64,000 nt of DNA, from the NCBI RefSeq assembly GCF_963678975.1, contig NC_089281.1, positions 27,729,151 through 27,793,150 on the forward strand. The letters are read 5' to 3'. The stretch is from Dysidea avara. Lineage: Eukaryota. The position numbers were made by a program, and so were the translations under genes. Every line of letters starts with the position of its first letter. Positions within the stretch are counted from its first letter, which is position 1. The notes under the pieces were generated by a model. It was not told the origin of the DNA and searched no databases. It worked only from the letters and a program-made list of their open reading frames with translations. Positions 56,621 through 64,000 of the stretch are shown here, in pieces.

Positions 56621-59089
56621 GAAGCAAGTACAATGAACAACAAAAAAAAAGTAAATGATGTACCTGATCTAGGGTTTCAACTGCTGCAGCGTTATTTCCC
56701 TATAACAATGCATTACATTAGGTGTATAACAAATTACATAATAATCACACATGTATATACTTTGCATAGTTTTCCAAACAGATCCAACTGAGCCACCAAA
56801 AATTGATACTGAGGTGTGTTTGTAAATTTATCCTGTGCGTGAATACAAGGTTTTGGTATGCACGATCAATTACTAGCATACTTTGTCAGCAATCTCAGCA
56901 AGTGAGTACCATCTTTCAGACTTGGGTGGAAAATATTGTATTTCCTTTTTGGGCTTATCACCCTCACCCTCATGATGACTTTCAACTTCACAAACTTTAG
57001 TTAGGTAAAACAATTCCTAAACGTTTATAAATAAATTACACACATGTAAATTACACACATGTAAATTACACACAGGTATAAACAAAAGGAACTGTACCTC
57101 TCCATAACACTTTACCAGCTTTTTAATGATCATGTCTAACAATAAAAAGTTATACAATAAACTAAATCTCTTCACAAGTACATTTACCTTGATTTTTCGG
57201 AATGGGATGATTATTACAGACACACAAGACGCCAAGGTAATCAAAAAATCGAGGATCCTAATAGCACACAACTAACAATTTGTTATAGCAAACATTTTAG
57301 CCGGTACCTTGCTGTTATTTAGTTTTGTAATAATGATATCAACTTCTTCTTCATTAAATTTTGATACAATCAAACTAACAAACAAGTGATCAACTTCTAC
57401 TAAGTAACAATAGTTGCTCACCCATTATCTCTAACCAATTCTGTCAACATTTGTTCTGCATTAAGGCCCATTCCTATTTGCCATTCAAAGAAACTGATAA
57501 ATCGTGCAAGGTAGTTTTCATTCTTACTGTATTAAAACACTATAAGTGGCATCACAAGTTATAGTAAAACACATACCGACTCTGTCCTTTCAAATAAACT
57601 TCTATTACTTTGTAGCATGCTTGACAGACTGGTTGATGAGTACTGAATGTAAAAATGTTTTACAACTGATACTTTAAGAATTAGACATACACATACTGAG
57701 CTTTGGGTGCCTCAGGATCATACCCTTCCAAGATTCGTACAATCAGTTCAAGAATCATTAAATTTCTTAACAGCTTTTGGTGATCCTTTATTCGTGGATG
57801 TGCATATTGCATGAAATCTGCCAATTCACCTAGGGCCTAATCATAGCACTTATCTATATTCATTACTCATTGCTGATCAACAACAACATACTTTACACAT
57901 GGCAACTGCTTTTTTAACTCCAAACTTATCAGCATACAAACTTGTTTGTTTCTACATTTTTCACTCGGTGCTTTACAATGGGTGAGGATTTTGCACTAAC
58001 CTCTGTAATATATGCTTGTAAAATGGGGGCAACTCCGGCAACATATGTAAATTTCTGAATTAAATCATTATCAACCTTTTAAGGACACATAAGATCAGTA
58101 TTCCACAAATCTTGTCTATCAACCTGTTCTATTGTAAAAACATCATCGTACTTTTTCTGGTCTTGAGCACCAATTTGTATGAGTTCAGCTGAATCCCACT
58201 GTAAGCTAGCTAGTCCTGAAGCATTAGGGTTGAATGCTCGACGGGTGTAACGTTCCCCTGTATTAAAACTTAACTATCTATCTTTATTATAGGCACACAA
58301 ACTTTAACCTTTTTTAGCTACCAACCAAGTTTTAGTGTGGGGGTGATTGATCCTTGCATAAGAGTCAAACTGAATTCTTGTGTCTTCCTATTTAATATGA
58401 TACTTTTACATTAACATTATAAATGATAACTGACTTCGATAACAGAAAATAACCTAAACACTGTATCAAGATCAACTTTGCCTATTTCCCGCTTTTTCAA
58501 TGTCACCTGTATTCACACACATAACACAATTATGAGTTACCTTTGCTCAGTGAACAAATGAGTTGCTACATACTGTATAGCCATTATCTTCTTTGACAAT
58601 TGCTAGATACAATCTTGTTGGTAAGTGTTTAATTCTGCAACGTTCTCCCCAGCTGACAACTTGACCTAATTAATGTTAGCAAATACATATCAGTCAAGTT
58701 CACAATGTAGCTACCAAATAAATAGGGTACCCATTAGATTTGTATATAATTTTAACAATTTGGGCAGGAGCATCCCCAAAGCAGACCAAATGAGTGTCTT
58801 AGTTCTGTATTCTGGTAGCAATTAGTGTTTGAACAACTCGTAACACTAATGAAGATGGTTTTGCAACCAATGTTACATGATTAACTGCTTTTAGTGTAGG
58901 CCTTGAATTTATGATAAAGCTATGTTGATTATCATGGAATGTGATAACAAGACCAATTTCAGGAACAGATCTAGGATTGAGTTGTTCCTTGCAGTAGCAT
59001 ATGCAAAAAAAACATATACCATAGACTCTGGTTATTAGGTAAATGTACTTTTAATTTTTGGAGGATTTCTAATTCATTACACATAATGC

Positions 59090-59340
59090 CTAAACAGCCA
59101 AGCTGTGAAAAATGCAACCTCTCCAATAATCCAATAATCCAGGGTGAAAAAGAAAGGTGGTGGCCAAGAAATGGCTGCAATGATGTAAATGGCAATCATT
59201 TTTAATGATTATACAGTCGTTGTTAAATAATTGACATTAATATTTTTGCAGCCATTTTATTTGGCTGCCACCTTTGATTTCACAAAATTTTCAACCTGGC
59301 TCAGGAGGTTGCACCTTTTTTACAACTTGCATGGCTGTAT
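59090..59340. mobile_element. MITE family A copy
   Basis: Terminus taaacagccaagctgtgaaaaatgc. Internal hairpin ggtggtggccaagaaatggctgcaatgatgtaaatggc // gcagccattttatttggctgccacc. Terminus ggttgcaccttttttacaacttgcatggctg. Confidence 0.55.
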
Positions 59341-60749
59341 AGATTGAGATAACAGTACAGAGATCAGGTTTTAGTTTCAGCTCACACACTGGGCTTTTTT
59401 CCTTAGTCTAAGAAGGCATTAAAGAAATCCCTTTTGAAGAGTAGTTGACTGTTTCATTAAAGTGTTGTGCTAAAATATAATTTGACCAGCCTACAATGGC
59501 TTTTGTGGCTTGTCATTTACTCCTTCTTTGTTAAGGGAATAATGGAATGGGAAAAAACATTTATATATAAAATTATTGTGTTTGTTTATTTGAATATTTT
59601 AGTGTAATTTTGGAAACAATTGTACAACTATGATTATGTTACAGTTAAACACTCTATTAGGGTACGTAACTGCAGTATCTTGATTGTGTGCTTGTATATG
59701 CTTAGTTATCTCAATAAACTTCTTTTCTACAATGAATGATCTTACCATGTTTATACCAATTTTCAGTTCATTTACTTCACTTGGTAGGTCAGTGCTTTCT
59801 ATTCATAATTTCAATAGCAAATTTATTGCTCTTATTTATATATATTTCATAAAAACTCCATGCCCATTACCTCAAATTCTTTTAAACACAAAAAGACACT
59901 TCTAGATCTACAATAGTTACTCCATCTATAGATTGATCACTTAGTGTACGTAGATGTGACAATTTTTAATGCAAAAAATTGTATGAATCTTTGATTATAA
60001 CTCTGTGAAAAATTCATACAATAAATGGACCCTTACTATACTTGAGCCAAATTTGAAATTTCAGCACAACTTCATAACATAATCATTATATGCATGTTTT
60101 ATGATGGCTTTTGAAGACTGTGCGAAGACTGTGTGGAAGAGAACAAAATAAAGAAAAATCAAGGCTTTTAATTTGTCATCTATATCTCAGGAAGATTTGG
60201 TATGTGGACTGTCCTAACTCCACTACAAAAATCATCTCATTTAGATAAGGATTAGGGAGCACAGAGCTAAACATGTATAAAATCATGTTATATTCTATTA
60301 CAAAACACACATCGATTTTTGTATCTTTCTTTTATCATACATTCATGCCAATGCTATTTGGAAATATTTGGTAGCCACCACGAGCACAGAGTAGAATGGG
60401 ATGGCTGATGACCAACTGATAGTAATTTGTTGCCTACATATGTAAGCTTGATTCAGCGGAGCTTAACATAAGTCCTTAATAGTGAGGCACAAATTTGTAG
60501 TCATATAGTGATGACACTATTCCTGATTTGCCTCTTTCACATCAGCCTTTACCAAGACCTTAGAGTTTATTGCTTACATTAAACCTAATACCCTACCACT
60601 CAAACGTTCTTTATCCTTTTCAATTTGCCAGTAAGTGATTGCAGAAGTTGATGGAGCTTTTAACTTTCCATGGTCAGATTTCCGTTTCCGTAAGTGCACT
60701 AATATTAAATATACATTTATATAGCATAAATGGGTTATATAACTTATAC

Positions 60750-60849
60750 CTTCTTCTATGACCACCTTATCCTTTTCATTAGCAAATGATCCTTCTGCCA
60801 CTAAATAGCATTCTAGCTCACGGTGGAACAGACGGACAATACTACCACC
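60750..60849 (-). CDS. ITPR: IP3R-like exon, N-terminal region (GGSIVRLFHRELECYLVAEGSFANEKDKVVIEE, then G split across the intron)
   Basis: Matches IP3R [26 protein letters not shown]…KIGTSPVKEDKEAFAIV. Acceptor ttgtag|GGT, donor G|gtataa. Confidence 0.55.
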
Positions 60850-61353
60850 CTACAAACACGCAAGTAGACAAGTATATACATAGCATTTTATCACTTTAAT
60901 AGAATCTTCTTCATTGGGCATGACACGATAATGGGATTTAATAGTGTATCCTGATTCAGTTGCTGATGCATTGACCTCATGGCTAAGGGAGCATATAGCT
61001 CCCAACATAAAATATATGTTGACAGTCTAACCAATTTTCATGTAGAAAAATCCCAACTTGATGAAACACTCTACCACTTGTATGAATGTACTGTCCTTCT
61101 GTTTTTTCACTTGAGAAAGTTACCTGGTCTTCCATTCGGACCTTCAAAAAAGTCAGCAATAATGTACATTTACAGAATTAGCTTTCTGAAGCATTACCTC
61201 ATCTCCTACTGATCTAACTTTGTAACGAGGTAATATTCTAAACAAGCAGTTCTCAGAATCATGGGAAAGAAGATACACCTATAGAGGCAAGGATAAACAT
61301 TATCCCTATTCAAATGGTTAGCTTTAGGGATGTACAGGACAGGGTATGTGTCA

Positions 61354-61472
<119 letters not shown>

Positions 61473-61947
61473 TGTGTGAGTGAGCAGCCACTGTGCTATC
61501 CAGTATAGTGCAAAGTTAGCTGTGCTGGTAGTGGATATCCTATAGAAATACTAATCAATCTTGCATGCTTGATGATGATAGAAGAATGGCAACACTACAA
61601 CCAATACAGAATGTCCACAAAAAGTAGAAAAACACTTAGACACTTGCAGCACACACACTAGTTCTGCTACAATTTTGGGGAAGTTGTGCAGATGCACATT
61701 AATCTAAACGCATTTACAAAGTACAACAACATGTTACTTAACCTCTACTGTATTAGCTACTCACTGATCATTATGTAGAGTTACTACATGCTACTACTCA
61801 TCACATACCTGCATGTTAGTGTTCTCCGTCTTTGATGTCTGTACTGTACTAATGGTAACATACTTGTTACTGTAAATGTGTAAAAGCTACGTACATAACA
61901 GAACAGCATAACAGTAACTCTATGAAGCTGAATCACATTGGAGGTAC

Positions 61948-62034
61948 CTGAATGACAGATCCATACAACACTGGTATTCTGTGCTGCCGTTCCTGTTCTA
62001 ATTCATTATTTTTCAACTCAATTTTAGCATTTTT
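61948..62034 (-). CDS. ITPR: IP3R-like exon, N-terminal suppressor or beta-trefoil region (KNAKIELKNNELEQERQHRIPVLYGSVIQ)
   Basis: Matches IP3R [30 protein letters not shown]. Acceptor ttcttcag|AAA, donor CAG|gtacct. Confidence 0.6.
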
Positions 62035-62184
62035 CTGAAGAATATATCAATCATCACATACCAATACATGCATATAGAAACCTCAGCAGTCTGTATCATC
62101 ATACTATCAAGAGACTCTTTTCCATGTCTGAGTAAACAAAATTTGTATGCTAAGCACAGCATGTCTTACAAATGATACAAGTGG

Positions 62185-62235
62185 TGTTATTAAACCAGGA
62201 CTGAATGCATTACTAACACTGAAACAAAAATTAAA
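62185..62235 (-). CDS. ITPR: IP3R-like candidate exon, approximate (VSNAFSPGLITPLVSF); a possible start codon lies at 62597-62595
   Basis: Resembles IP3R STNGFISTLGLVDD. Upstream, ATGTCTG|gtaagg at 62597-62591 could encode the initial Met-Ser. Both are speculative. Confidence 0.3.
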
Positions 62236-63693
62236 TCATTCCCCCTCACACCATAGTGACAATACTCTCTCACACACAGTGATACTATGATTTAAGACTG
62301 TATGTGCTACACATGTTTGTAATCAAGTACGTAAAAATGAAACCAAATGTCAATCAAATGTTGAACAAAGAAAGTATGTAGTTGACAAAGGCAAGGTTTA
62401 GCTTTAGCAATCACCATGCATAGTTAAGTATTCTACTGTGAAGTGTGACCATAAAATGGCCCCATGCATAACAATAAAGTGACTAGAAAATTGCAGACTG
62501 CATGTAAAATCTGATTTAAATAAATCAGTTTGATAAACCATTATCAGACAATTCAGCACCTTTCATTATACGTACGTACATTTTCCTTACCAGACATCGC
62601 TACTGCATAAGCACTTATACATCTGAAACCCAGTTTGAATAATAAACAATAATATAGTATTTTTAGTAGTAACAACACAACATGTACAGCAGCTACAGCC
62701 AAAGCATAATTAGCTTAGGTTATAGTTGTGCATACTAAAAATAGTATATTTTAACTATTGACACGAGTCAGAACTCAGAAGCAAAACCAAGGACAAATGG
62801 CTATAGCTAACTGAATTCCATCTGTTTTACCCATTTTAACACCTTCTTTTGAGATTACGTCAATACTTTACTGGACCAAATCCCAGTAAACTATTTGAAG
62901 GATGGCTTCAGTGGTATACAACAGTCACATATTGTACACAGCAATAGGTATAGTAGAACACATTGGTACAGATAGAGCCAATGCTGCTGTAGCACAGTAA
63001 GCATGCACAGTATAGAAAACCATAGAAACAGCAAACTATGACGCATGTACAGTGACAGCACAGCCCGGCTGCAATGTTTGATTTTTAACCCTGGTTTTTT
63101 TGAAGGACACACCTTTTAACAGTTTGGATGTTTTACTACAAGTTAACCTATATCTGTGATATATCACTCAAAAGTCAGTTTTTAGGAGACATGGAAATAA
63201 TCAACAGAGAATGACACATAATATAGAAATTAGTACATAACATAGAATATCATTAAGACACTGCATATATAAGTAAAAATTAACACAATTCAAGGTCATG
63301 TGATGATCGCCTTTAATTATACAGACTTCTACCTAATGACACTAATCACTTGTGGGGAAATTTTACAACATAATTATGAAAATTAATGTGTAAGGTGACA
63401 AATGATACATAATATTGTAGCTGTCTTGATAAGTTGTGTCCATAAATAAACTGTCCCTAAATGTGAGGTAAACACCTGACCCAATGAAGATGCAGTGCAT
63501 GGCTAAATAAATTTTTATTTGCAGTGTTTACCTGCTTACCAGATAAAGTATTCTTTTGTATCCCAAAATTAATTAGTACACGTTCACATATTATAGCAGT
63601 CTGTTTCAAATGTATACAGCTGAATGTGTGAATTAATATCCTTTTGCATGGTACAAAGATTTATGTACTATGGTTTAAGCCACATATGCATTT

Positions 63694-63700
63694 GGTGTGT

Positions 63701-63732
<32 letters not shown>

Positions 63733-63739
63733 GGGGGGG
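63694..63739. repeat. (GT)10 followed by an interrupted poly-G of about 25 nt
   Basis: Direct reading. Confidence 0.8.
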
Positions 63740-64000
63740 AGATACATATTTGTTTTATCCTGATCATAGTTGTATACTGATAGTATTTTTAAAAATTGTC
63801 AATTTAAAAATGTAATGTGCCAAAGTAGGGACTTTCCCACTGAGCTACATATGCTGTAATACCATCATTCATCTCTTGTTTCATAACTTTTTATTGCATA
63901 GATCCCTACTTCATTTTTTAAATTAACAAATACTAGTTTGCTCAGCTAGATTGTGACTGTTCTATTAGAATATCACAAATGCATGACTGTTGTATTAGAG

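Overview
This window is eukaryotic, most likely metazoan, and not prokaryotic. The evidence is about 62% AT, long (CA)n and (GT)n microsatellites, GT-AG introns, CpG depletion in older repeat copies, and a high density of transposable-element remnants. Two host genes can be reconstructed by reading the minus strand, and both run on the minus strand. The first is a sideroflexin-like gene at about 5.98-7.23 kb, with exons separated by introns of only 43-57 nt and a CpG-rich putative promoter with a 23-nt poly-G tract just upstream. The second is a very large IP3-receptor-like (ITPR/RyR superfamily) gene. Its stop codon is at 16,764, a probable N-terminal region lies at 61.9-62.6 kb, and its exons are scattered across about 46 kb of the window. 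Clusters of exons separated by about 50-nt introns alternate with multi-kb, repeat-filled introns. The introns carry CR1/L2-like LINE pseudogene fragments at 8.7-11.3 kb, several MITE and foldback families, two blocks of a 31-bp tandem satellite, and composite dispersed repeats. The most striking feature is a 3.7-kb non-LTR retrotransposon of the R2-like, restriction-like-endonuclease type at 38,383-42,125 on the minus strand. It has an intact 706-aa reverse-transcriptase ORF, a C-terminal CCHC plus degraded PD-(D/E)xK region, a frameshifted PHD-like N-terminal zinc finger, a poly(A) tail and a 10-11 bp target-site duplication. It is inserted into a roughly 520-bp repeat whose uninterrupted paralog, an empty site, lies 2.8 kb away at 44,935-45,455. 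No rRNA, tRNA, CRISPR or prokaryote-type operon was seen. Exon coordinates were derived by hand, so unverified boundaries may be off by a few nt; the boundaries marked approximate are more uncertain.
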